A program made the translations under genes and the position numbers. From the NCBI GenBank assembly GCA_036336855.1, contig JAYZFI010000036.1, positions 14,871 through 78,870 of the forward strand: DNA of 64,000 nucleotides. The letters run 5' to 3'. The notes under the pieces are model-generated. The model had not been told where the DNA came from, did not search any database, and was given only the letters and a program-made list of their open reading frames with translations. Shown one piece after another: positions 34,881-43,926 of the stretch; position 1 is the first letter of the stretch; the number at the start of each line of letters is the position of its first letter. This DNA comes from Candidatus Latescibacterota bacterium (GTDB lineage: Bacteria > Latescibacterota > UBA2968 > UBA8231).

Positions 34881-36149
34881 ATGACTGAATCTGCCCTTAT
34901 CCTTCGCGCACAGCTGCTGGCCGACGGCCTCGGTGGCGAGCCACGCCAAGACAGCGCCGTTCTCATCTCCCACGGCCGGATCCAGGCCGTAGGGGTCGTT
35001 GCCGAGATCACTGCTTCGGCGCCCCCCGATGCCGAAATCGTCGATCTCGGCAACGCCTGTCTCTGCCCTGGGCTCATTGACGGCCACACCCACCTCAGCC
35101 TCGCCGGCGACGGTCGCAGCTACATCGAGATGTTCTCCGATAACGACGAGATGATGGTCTTGACGGGTGCCCTCAACATGAAGCGCCACCTTGACGCCGG
35201 CATCACCACGATCCGCGAACACGGTGCCCGCAATCACGTTGGCTTCACCCTCAAGGAAGGCTTGAGTCGCAACTACATCCCCGGACCTCGCATGCAAGTC
35301 AGCGGCCGTCCCATCACCTGCAGCGGCGGACATTTTCACATGTGCAATGAAATCGCCGACGGCGAAGACGAGATCCGCAAGTCAGTGCGCCGCCTTGTCC
35401 ACGAAGGCGCTGATTACATCAAGATCATGGCCTCCGGCGGCGGCACAGCTGGCACCATTCCCGGCCGCGCCTCGTACTCCGAGGCCGAACTGCATGCCGC
35501 CGTTCATGAGGCCCACCACTTCCACCGGCTCACCGCCGCCCATTGTCGCGCCAAAGATTCGATGGCCAATGCGGTGAAGGCCGGCATCGACCTGATGGAG
35601 CACGCCGAGTTTCTTGACTCCGACGGCGAGCTCCGCTTCGACGAGAGTCTGGCCGAACAGATGGCCGAGTGTGGCATCTGGATCAGTCCGACTCTGCAGG
35701 CCTGGTGCCGATGGCCCCGCGTCACTTATCTGCGCAGCCTCCGCAATGAGGGTAGCGCCTCGCGGCAGGAACAGGTGGAACTCGCGCAGCTCGAGAAACG
35801 AGCGCAGGGCCGCCTCGATGTCATGCGCCGCATGCTCGACTACTGCATGAGGGGGCGTATCGTACCCGGCACTGATTCCGGGGTTTCCGATCTCGCCTTC
35901 GGACACCTCGACTACGATCTACAGCTCCTCGTCGAAGTTGGATTCACACCCGGGGAAGCGTTGGAAGCAGCGACCCGAATTTCCGCCGAAGCGATCGGTC
36001 TTGCCGACGACCTCGGCACCATCGAAGTCGGCAAGATCGCGGATCTCGTCGCCTTCGCCGGTGACCCCACCCGCGACGTGGGCGCCTTCAGCCAGGTGGT
36101 CGCCGTCTTTCAGGAAGGTCGCCCCATCCTCGTCAGCCCCCACCTGTGA
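34881..36149 (+). CDS. Amidohydrolase-superfamily metal-dependent hydrolase
   Basis: GLIDGHTHL (HxH), ADYIKIMASGG and later His/Asp blocks (HAEF, PGTDSG). Confidence 0.85.
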   Translation: MTESALILRAQLLADGLGGEPRQDSAVLISHGRIQAVGVVAEITASAPPDAEIVDLGNACLCPGLIDGHTHLSLAGDGRSYIEMFSDNDEMMVLTGALNMKRHLDAGITTIREHGARNHVGFTLKEGLSRNYIPGPRMQVSGRPITCSGGHFHMCNEIADGEDEIRKSVRRLVHEGADYIKIMASGGGTAGTIPGRASYSEAELHAAVHEAHHFHRLTAAHCRAKDSMANAVKAGIDLMEHAEFLDSDGELRFDESLAEQMAECGIWISPTLQAWCRWPRVTYLRSLRNEGSASRQEQVELAQLEKRAQGRLDVMRRMLDYCMRGRIVPGTDSGVSDLAFGHLDYDLQLLVEVGFTPGEALEAATRISAEAIGLADDLGTIEVGKIADLVAFAGDPTRDVGAFSQVVAVFQEGRPILVSPHL

Positions 36150-36552
36150 ACAAGCATCTGACTGCTCTGTACCCCCATTCGCGCCTCTACGATCAGCTCG
36201 GCGGTCCGCCGAAATGAATCGCACCATTGACGCGTTCTTCAAAGGCTGAATCGGCAGCAAAATGATCCTGCTTCTGCGCCACAGAGCCATCGTCAACACT
36301 CACGCCACCGCCTACCCTGGGCGATTTGGCGACCTCGAAATTGCTGACCCGTGAGGATCTCCGGCGGGTGCACGAGCACCAGCGCGCCGAAGACGTACCC
36401 CGAGATGCCCCCGTTCCACACCGTCGGCCTAGATTGCTCGACTGCGTAGACTACCTGCTGCATCGAGGAGCTGCGCTCGCCCGAGGGTTCGCCGCCATGA
36501 CGCCAGGTCGGCGTACCGCCTGACATACACTGTCCCTCAAAGGAGACCGAAT

Positions 36553-37608
36553 TTGCTTCTTGTAGACGCCCACCTCGATCTCGCAATGAACGCCCTCAAC
36601 TGGGATCGCGATCTCAACCTCTCCGTCTCGGAAATCCGTAAGCGCGAGAAGGAAATGACCCAGAAAGGCCGAGGCTGCAACACCTGCTCGCTGCCTGAGC
36701 TGCGGCGCGCCGAGGTGGGGCTGTCGGTGGTGACCGTCATCTCCCGCACCAGGCACACGGGCAGCACGTCATCCGGAGCAGCGACGCAGGAGATCAGTTG
36801 CGCCCATGCCCGCGGACAACTGGGCTACTACCAAGTGTTGGAGGAGCAAGGTAAGGTCGCCATGATCGCCGACGTCGACACTCTCGACACTCACGTGCAG
36901 TCTTGGCTGACCGGCGAGGAGAACGAGCGCCTGGGCTTCATTCTCAGTATGGAAGGGGCCGATCCCGTGGTCTGCCCGGACCAGATCCATACTTGGTGGG
37001 CTGACGGCCTGCGCGTGCTCAGCCTCTCTCACTACGGGCTCAGTGCCTATGCTCACGGCCACGATATGGAGGGCGGCCTTCGGGGAGAGGCCAAGGCGCT
37101 ACTGCGGGAAATGGCCAGTGCCGGCATGATCCTCGACGTGACCCACCTCTCGGATCAGTCGTTCTGGGAAGCCCTCGACAACTTCCCCGGCGAGCTGCTG
37201 GCGAGCCACAGCAACTGCCGCGCCCTCGTCAACGATCCGCGCCAGCTATCCGACGCCCAGCTCAAGGCTCTCATCGAGCGCGGCGCCGTTGTCGGCACCG
37301 CGCTCGATGCCTGGATGCTCAAACCAGGCTGGGTGCGCGGTGTCACCCAACCCGAAGGCCTCACCCTGAAAGGCGTCACCGACCAGATCGATCACGTCTG
37401 CCAGCTCGCCGGCAATTGCCTACACGCCGGCATCGGTAGCGATCTAGACGGGGGCTACGGCACCGAGCAGACCCCAAGCGACCTCGACACCATCGCCGAT
37501 CTGCAAAGGGTGGCTGGGCTGTTGCGAGATCGCGGCTACGGTGAGGACAATATCGCCACCGTCATGCACGGCAACTGGATCCGCCACTTCCGCCAAGCCT
37601 GGATCTGA
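36553..37608 (+). CDS. Membrane-dipeptidase-family (M19, renal dipeptidase-like) peptidase
   Basis: The TTG start is preceded by AAGGAG. Motifs: LLVDAHLDLA, SMEGAD, LSLSHYG, DVTHLSD. Confidence 0.9.
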   Translation: MLLVDAHLDLAMNALNWDRDLNLSVSEIRKREKEMTQKGRGCNTCSLPELRRAEVGLSVVTVISRTRHTGSTSSGAATQEISCAHARGQLGYYQVLEEQGKVAMIADVDTLDTHVQSWLTGEENERLGFILSMEGADPVVCPDQIHTWWADGLRVLSLSHYGLSAYAHGHDMEGGLRGEAKALLREMASAGMILDVTHLSDQSFWEALDNFPGELLASHSNCRALVNDPRQLSDAQLKALIERGAVVGTALDAWMLKPGWVRGVTQPEGLTLKGVTDQIDHVCQLAGNCLHAGIGSDLDGGYGTEQTPSDLDTIADLQRVAGLLRDRGYGEDNIATVMHGNWIRHFRQAWI

Positions 37609-37979
37609 TCCGCGAGCAGAGACTCACAACCACGTGGGCTCGTGATCTCTGGAAAAACTTGTTGCGGGAGAGCAAATGACAGGCATTGTGCGCCAACGAA
37701 GGAGAGCTAACGAAATCGGGGCTGCTGCGACGTCGCCGACCTGTAAAATGTTAAGGGCAATGCCCATCGCCTGCTGTTGCCGCACTATCTCGAACTCGTC
37801 ACGGGATGGGACCTTCTGTCCTGTCGGTAGCCAGTTCCGCCCAATGATGGTCTGACCATCCTGCTACTCATCCCGGCAGAGCTCATCGACCCGACTCATG
37901 ATTACATCGATTGTGCTCTGAACGTCTCCCTCATGCACGGATGATTGCCTCCGTTTAATTCGAGTACTTCACCTCGCAC

Positions 37980-39389
37980 ATGTCCGACCGCCCCAATATC
38001 CTCCTCATCCTCACCGACCAGCAGCGCTTTGACTCGCTCGCTGCCTACGGCAACCTGGTTTGCCGGACGCCAGCAACGGATCGACTCACGCGCGAGGGCA
38101 TGAGGTTCACCCAGGCCTTTACACCCACGGCGCTGTGCTCACCAGCCCGAGCTTCGCTACTGACTGGGCTGCTGTCACACCAGCACACGATGACTAATCT
38201 CACTAACACCCGCATCCCCTCCGTAGTGGATCTGCCCGATCACATGCCGAGCTTCGCCAGACTCCTGCGCGATGCAGGCTATCGGACCGGATATGTGGGA
38301 AAATGGCACAGCGGAGTCGCACGGGCGCCTCTTCATTGGGGATTCGAGGAGTATCGGCCCGGAGAGGGCTGGCACGAATGGTGGCCGGACGGGGTCGAGT
38401 TGGAAGACGAATCCACGGTTCGACTCGGATACGATCGCAGCAAACCGATGGCCGCCCGCGTGCCACGGCCTCTGGCGGACTACCCCGATCGGGGTCGAAC
38501 CGACGCGGCCATCGAGCTGCTCGAGGGCTACGCCGCCGGAGAGGCCCCATTCTGCTGTCAGCTGAACTATTTCGGACCCCATTACCCGCACTACCTACCG
38601 GAGCCCTATCACTCGATGTACGATCCGGCGCGGATCCCCCCGTGGGACAACTTCGCCTCCCGGCCTGTCACGCCGCACTCAGGATACCGCTGGCTCCGGA
38701 AGCGGTGGGGCGCACCATCCGACGATTGGGCGCACTACGCACGAATTGTCGCCGCCCAGTACGGTCAGGTCACCCTACTCGAGCACGAGATCGAGCGGGT
38801 CTTGCACGCCCTCGACCAGCTTGGCCTAGCCGAACGCACGCTCGTGATCTTCACCGCCGACCACGGCGAACTGGCCGGCGCCCACGGCCTGCTGCAGAAG
38901 GGGGCCGTCGTCTACGACGAGTTGTATCGTTTGCCCTTTATCGTCCGTTGGCCCGGCGCGATCGCAGCTGGCTCCATATGCAATGAAATGGTGAGTTTGT
39001 GCGATCTCATGCCGACGCTGCTCGACGTGGCCAATGTGCCGCCGCCATCCGCCGGTCCGGCGCGCAGTATTGTGCCTCTGATGGAAGGGCTGTCGCCGGC
39101 AGACTGGCCTCGGGCGGTGTTCTGCGAGTATCTGGCTCACCAAGCCGGTGACATGGAGCTCAAGATCCTGCGGACAAGGACACACAAACTCGCCGTCAAC
39201 TTGTCGACCCGGGACGAGTTGTTCGACCTGGTTACAGATCCCGGAGAAAATGAGAACCGGATCGACGATCCGGCATGTGAGAACGTGCGTCACGATCTGG
39301 CGAACCGGCTCGTCGATAGGATGCGGCAGACCTGCGACCCCCTTCTACCCAAGTTCAGCCGACGGATGGAACCCTATCTGAAAACGTAG
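37980..39389 (+). CDS. Sulfatase (Cys-type), no signal peptide
   Basis: PNILLILTDQQR, CSPARASLLTG (CxPxR) and TADHGE. Confidence 0.9.
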   Translation: MSDRPNILLILTDQQRFDSLAAYGNLVCRTPATDRLTREGMRFTQAFTPTALCSPARASLLTGLLSHQHTMTNLTNTRIPSVVDLPDHMPSFARLLRDAGYRTGYVGKWHSGVARAPLHWGFEEYRPGEGWHEWWPDGVELEDESTVRLGYDRSKPMAARVPRPLADYPDRGRTDAAIELLEGYAAGEAPFCCQLNYFGPHYPHYLPEPYHSMYDPARIPPWDNFASRPVTPHSGYRWLRKRWGAPSDDWAHYARIVAAQYGQVTLLEHEIERVLHALDQLGLAERTLVIFTADHGELAGAHGLLQKGAVVYDELYRLPFIVRWPGAIAAGSICNEMVSLCDLMPTLLDVANVPPPSAGPARSIVPLMEGLSPADWPRAVFCEYLAHQAGDMELKILRTRTHKLAVNLSTRDELFDLVTDPGENENRIDDPACENVRHDLANRLVDRMRQTCDPLLPKFSRRMEPYLKT

Positions 39390-39698
39390 TTGCGCACCGG
39401 GTGATTCGCCTTGGTCGGTCCCCGATCTGTGCGCGGCCGTGAAGAGGTTTATGATGCCGAGCTGCGATATGCCGGGGGCGGACCTCTGACGGCGACCTCG
39501 CCCCTGTATATCGAGCTCATCGACATCGAGCGCTTGACCTTCATAGAAGATGCCCACTTGGACCGAGGTCGAGCCCGATCCACCCTGCTCCCATGTGAGG
39601 ATCGAATCGAGATGCCGAAAGGATGGCATAACAAGATGCGGGAGTAACAACGGTGAGCGAAAGGCGATCAAGGCCGGAATCGGCTATCTTGCCCTCTC

Positions 39699-41387
39699 AT
39701 GACAGGACATTTCCGAGTGGATCGAAAGGTCGATATCAAAATCCCGATGCGGGATGCTGTCCGGCTTTCCTCCGACCTCTTTCTACCACGGGGATCGGCG
39801 CCGGCGCCAACCGTGCTCATCCGGACGCCCTACAACAACAACACGGAGCCCCTGGTCGAAAAGGGACGCCGCTTGGCCAGTCTTGGCTACGCCTGCGTCG
39901 TCCAGGACGTGCGTGGTCGCTGGGATTCAGAAGGCGAATATTATCCTTTCGTCAACGAAGCCGAGGACGGCTTCGATACTCACGAATGGATCGGGGCTCA
40001 GCCCTGGAGCAACGGGCGCATCGGAACTGCTGGTGCCTCCTACCTAGGTACCACGCAGTGGCGCCCTGCGCCACTGGCCAGCCGGCACCTCATTTGCATG
40101 GCCCCACGTGTAATCTGCACGGACTACTATTCCGGCCTACTCTATCCCGGAGGGGCCCTCCAGCTGAATGTGGCCATGACGTGGGGCATGCGCACCCACG
40201 CACGCACCGCACAGGACATCGAGTTCCACAACTGGACCGAGGCTTTCCGCAGCCTACCTGTCTCCGCAATGGACGCCGCGGGAGGCCGCGACCTGCCATT
40301 CTGGAGAGACTGGATCGCCCATCCTCGCTATGATGACTACTGGGCGCAGATGGATGACACCCCGCGCTGGGCCGACATCCGTGCTCCCGCCTTCAACATG
40401 GGAGGGTGGTACGACCTCTACGCGGCCGACACCTTCACCAACTTTAACGGCTTGCGTCTATACGGAGGCTCACCGGAGGCGCGCCAAAGCAAGCTTATCG
40501 TCGGTCCTTGGCCGCACGCTCTGAGCGCCTCGACACAAACCGGTGATATCGATTTTGGGGAAGACTCGCTGGTCGATCTCGAATCTGAGGAGCTTCGCTG
40601 GTTCGACTACTGGTTGAAAGGCATCGACAACAGCATCATCGACGAACCACCCCTGCGTCTCTTCGTCATGGGCGCCAACAAGTGGGTATCAGAGCACGAA
40701 TGGCCTCTGCGGCGAACCGACTGGCAACACTGGCACCTGCACTCCAGCGGCAACGCCAATTCCGTATTGGGCGATGGCTCTCTCCGCGTCTCATCTCCAA
40801 CTGGCGACGAGTCCGTCGATACCTTCGTCTACGATCCTCACTTCCCGGTGCAAACCCTGGGTGGAAACAACTGCTGCTCACCGCACATCGTGGCTTGGGG
40901 TCCTCAGGACCAACGCTCAGCGGAGATGCGAGGCGATGTGCTCTGCTATACGAGTGACGTGCTCGGCGACGACCTGCTCGTCATAGGTCCGGTCGAGCTC
41001 GTACTGTTCGCGGCCACCGATGGACCCGACACCGACTGGACCGCCAAACTCGTCGACGTCTTTCCTTCCGGATATGCGATGAACCTCTGCGACGGTATCG
41101 TGCGCGCCCGCTACCGGGAAGGCGCCGACTCCGATTCCCTGCTGCAACCGAACGTGATCTACGAGTACCGCATCCAGGTCGGCGTCACCGCCAACCTCTT
41201 CCAGCGCGGGCACCGCATCCGCGTCGAAGTGTCATCGTCTAATTTCCCGCGCTTTGACCGCAATCCCAACACCGGCTCCGCGTATGGCGCAGATAGCGTG
41301 CTGCGCGCTGCACACCAGAGTGTCTGTCATTCCTTTTCTCATCCCTCCCATTTGCGCCTGCCGGTGATTCCGGTGGGACCAAACTGA
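39699..41387 (+). CDS. CocE/NonD-family (S15, X-Pro dipeptidyl-peptidase-like) hydrolase
   Basis: IRTPYNN, VVQDVRGRWDSEGEY, GASYLG (GxSxG) and a C-terminal RVEVSSSNFPRFDRNPNTG block. Confidence 0.9.
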   Translation: MTGHFRVDRKVDIKIPMRDAVRLSSDLFLPRGSAPAPTVLIRTPYNNNTEPLVEKGRRLASLGYACVVQDVRGRWDSEGEYYPFVNEAEDGFDTHEWIGAQPWSNGRIGTAGASYLGTTQWRPAPLASRHLICMAPRVICTDYYSGLLYPGGALQLNVAMTWGMRTHARTAQDIEFHNWTEAFRSLPVSAMDAAGGRDLPFWRDWIAHPRYDDYWAQMDDTPRWADIRAPAFNMGGWYDLYAADTFTNFNGLRLYGGSPEARQSKLIVGPWPHALSASTQTGDIDFGEDSLVDLESEELRWFDYWLKGIDNSIIDEPPLRLFVMGANKWVSEHEWPLRRTDWQHWHLHSSGNANSVLGDGSLRVSSPTGDESVDTFVYDPHFPVQTLGGNNCCSPHIVAWGPQDQRSAEMRGDVLCYTSDVLGDDLLVIGPVELVLFAATDGPDTDWTAKLVDVFPSGYAMNLCDGIVRARYREGADSDSLLQPNVIYEYRIQVGVTANLFQRGHRIRVEVSSSNFPRFDRNPNTGSAYGADSVLRAAHQSVCHSFSHPSHLRLPVIPVGPN

Positions 41388-41396
41388 TCTAACTGC

Positions 41397-41575
41397 GTGT
41401 CACGTACCACTCGGGCCTATCATCGCCATCTCGATGTACGCAAGTTCCTTCCCGACCCTGAACCCGGAACCCTTCTCGTGCGCCAGGGGATGTCCGGCAT
41501 CTTTGGCACCGACCTCCACAACTGGCAGAACAGCCTCGGAGACGTGCAGTTCTTCGTCCACGAAACCGTCGCCAT
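41397..41575 (+). pseudogene. N-terminal fragment of a zinc-type medium-chain alcohol dehydrogenase (remnant)
   Basis: The translation PEPGTLLVRQGMSGIFGTDLHNWQ...FFVHETVAIIEP matches the GICGTDLH...GHE region of MDR dehydrogenases. The catalytic Cys is replaced by Phe and GHE by VHE. Similarity ends where the convergent gene begins. Confidence 0.45.
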
Positions 41576-43926
41576 CATCGAGCCCAGAGCCCTTTGTGCA
41601 GGTCGCCGAAGTAAGCCAGCTTCAGCTGCAAGGAACGATTGCGTTGGCGCCTGCCACCTTCGGTGTCCCACGCGTGGTTGTAGACGAGAAAGAGATCGCT
41701 GCCCGGTCGATAGCGGTAGCTGAACAGCACGTTGACTCCGACGATCTCGTCTTTGCTGTTCCATTGTGCAAGTCCGCGCAGATAGAGGTCGGTATTCAGG
41801 CTTATCAACATCCGCTGGCTCAACCGATAAGCGGTGAACTTGCTTGCCGGCAATTCCACAAGGTTGATCTCGTACTTGGTTTCCGTATTCCATCGCGCGT
41901 TCGCCTTCCAAACGCCTTCTATCGACAATCGACGGCGCGTACCGTTGAAGAACTCCCCGGCGCTGGCGCCGGCACTGCCACCCAAGCGACGGCTGTCGTT
42001 TAGAAAAAGCCGGCCACTGACCTGCCGGAAAGTGTGATCCCCCACTGGGATCTCTATCCCGTCGTCGATCTCGAAGGATTCATCAAGCCGTTCAAAGCGC
42101 TCCTCCACTTCGATGCCCATCCAGTCACCGGCCTCGGTATTGATGAAGAAAAACCCCTTTGTGGATCGACTCTCCAACTCGTTGTCCCGGTTCATCGTAA
42201 ATGACCACTCGGGCCCGGTGGCGTAGCGGCGAATCCACTCTGTCTGCGGACGGGGCCGCCAACGCATTTGGCCCTTAAGGCGGCGCACATCGTCGCGAGG
42301 CACAAAGCCGATCTCCGGGTTGAAGTCCTCACCGATATCGATGAAGGAGGCGTTGAACTCCGTAGTTCCGACGCGGTGGTCGAACTCGACAAAGGAGGCC
42401 GCATTGGGACCACGTAGGCCCGGGGTCCAGGTGCGGCCGACGAAACCGCGCAAGCTGGTAGCTCCTTCGTCGAAGGAAAGGCTAGCGTCCACCCCCACGG
42501 TACGGTTATAGTCCTCCTCCTGCCCCGGGCTACGGTCGGCAAGCAGTAGTCCCACCTGTGACTGACCCGGCAGATCCCTCTTCACGCGCAAGACGGTGAA
42601 GAGAGTGCGCTCCACGTCGAGGGTGTCGATCACATTCTGTGTCACCGTGTCGACGATGGCCAAGGCGGCGCGCTGGACGCTGGAGAGCTCGCCTATTTCG
42701 TCTTTGTCGAAGCGGTGGCCGTCGGCGCTGAAAAAGAAATCCTCCTCCACTTTGTCGCGGAATAGACCGGATTCCGTCATCATATTTAGAGCGCCAATCT
42801 CGAAAGCACCAACACGCCCAGTGACCTTGGCACCATAGGTCACGGGAATCCCGTGTCCGTCCTGAATGCCGATGCGCCGGCTGTAAAACAACAAAGTTGG
42901 CGGCCGTCCGCCGAAGCGCTGGCGACGCTCGCCGAAGGCGAAAATCCCCGCGCCTTCGAGGAAGAAGTGCCGCTTCTCGGGAAAGAACAGGGAGAAGCGA
43001 GTAAGATTCACCGCCTCCTGGTCGGATTCGACCTGGGCAAAGTCGGTGTTGTACGAGAGATCGAGGGTTACACTCCGGCTGATCCCGTACTTGAGGTCGC
43101 CGCCAATGTCGAAAAACTTTTCTAGGTTGCGATCTTCGAAGTCGCGTCGCACACCGGGCAGCACGTAGGGCGTGACCTGCAGCAGGCGCTGCTCGCGCAG
43201 GGCTCCGAGGCCGTGCAGCGTCGCCAGGATCGAGGTCCGCATCCCTCCTGAGAACCCAAAGGCCTGAGGCGGAACGGCCAGGTAGTTTTCCTCGCTCCGC
43301 CGCGCGATGACGCGCCCGATGTTGATTCCCCAGATCGCCTCGTCCGTAGATTCGAAGCGCAGCTGATCGAAGGGTATGGCGATCTCCGCCGTCCAGCCCT
43401 CAGCGTCGATGCGGCCCACGCTCTCCCAGATCGCGTCCCAGGCCTCGTTTCGGCTACGGCCCTCGTCCATGAGGATAGCGTCGCGCCGGGCCCCCAGGGG
43501 GTTCGTATTGAAGAGGAAACCGCCGCGTCGGTTGTTGTAGGTGTCGAGGATGACGAAGACATTGTCGTCGTCGCCGATGTCGCTATCCCGGCGCAACTGA
43601 GTCGCCGTGATGCGATGGGGTTCGACGTCGAAGCACCGGACGGCGAAGTAAAGCTTGTCGGCGTCGAACAGCACCCGCACTTCTGTGCGCTCACTCGGCT
43701 CTCCGCCTTCGATGGGCTCGCGCTGACGAAAGGCGGCGCAGACTGGAGCCGATTGCCAAGCGACCTCGTTGAGATCGCCATCGATGAGGGGCTGCGTTGC
43801 CGTGCGCACCGCGCGCACTTCGGGCAGATCGGCGTTGAGCGTTCCCGTCGCCACGACTGACGTCGAGAGTGCGAGCACCAAGCCGGCAAACCACGCCGGA
43901 TCTATCTGTCTAGCTCGGAGACGCAT
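41575..43926 (-). CDS. CBM9-like/DUF5916-type large secreted (probably outer-membrane) protein
   Basis: 783 aa with a signal-like N-terminus. PLIDGDLNEVAW...FRQREPIEGGEPSERTEVRVLFDADKLYFAVRC resembles carbohydrate-binding family 9 domains. The long beta-rich remainder follows. The start overlaps the upstream gene by 17 nt. Confidence 0.7.
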   Translation of the reverse strand: MRLRARQIDPAWFAGLVLALSTSVVATGTLNADLPEVRAVRTATQPLIDGDLNEVAWQSAPVCAAFRQREPIEGGEPSERTEVRVLFDADKLYFAVRCFDVEPHRITATQLRRDSDIGDDDNVFVILDTYNNRRGGFLFNTNPLGARRDAILMDEGRSRNEAWDAIWESVGRIDAEGWTAEIAIPFDQLRFESTDEAIWGINIGRVIARRSEENYLAVPPQAFGFSGGMRTSILATLHGLGALREQRLLQVTPYVLPGVRRDFEDRNLEKFFDIGGDLKYGISRSVTLDLSYNTDFAQVESDQEAVNLTRFSLFFPEKRHFFLEGAGIFAFGERRQRFGGRPPTLLFYSRRIGIQDGHGIPVTYGAKVTGRVGAFEIGALNMMTESGLFRDKVEEDFFFSADGHRFDKDEIGELSSVQRAALAIVDTVTQNVIDTLDVERTLFTVLRVKRDLPGQSQVGLLLADRSPGQEEDYNRTVGVDASLSFDEGATSLRGFVGRTWTPGLRGPNAASFVEFDHRVGTTEFNASFIDIGEDFNPEIGFVPRDDVRRLKGQMRWRPRPQTEWIRRYATGPEWSFTMNRDNELESRSTKGFFFINTEAGDWMGIEVEERFERLDESFEIDDGIEIPVGDHTFRQVSGRLFLNDSRRLGGSAGASAGEFFNGTRRRLSIEGVWKANARWNTETKYEINLVELPASKFTAYRLSQRMLISLNTDLYLRGLAQWNSKDEIVGVNVLFSYRYRPGSDLFLVYNHAWDTEGGRRQRNRSLQLKLAYFGDLHKGLWAR

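Noticed and set aside
36150-36552. A 400-bp spacer between the amidohydrolase and the M19 dipeptidase. It holds overlapping ORFs on both strands: minus MSGGTPTWRHGG...VYAVEQSRPTVWNGGISGYVFGALVLVHPPE, possibly continuing after a frameshift as VDDGSVAQKQDHFAADSAFEERVNGAIHFGGPPS, and plus 36326-36523.
   Set aside because: Third-position GC is similar in both candidate frames and I recognise no family. I cannot tell a frameshifted remnant from non-coding sequence without a search.
39411-39647. A 78-aa plus-strand ORF (EVYDAELRYAGGGPLTATSPLYIELIDIERLTFIEDAHLD) and antisense ORFs in the 310-bp gap before the S15 hydrolase.
   Set aside because: It has no SD, no recognisable domain and only moderate codon bias. 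It is possibly a remnant but is not supportable as a gene.
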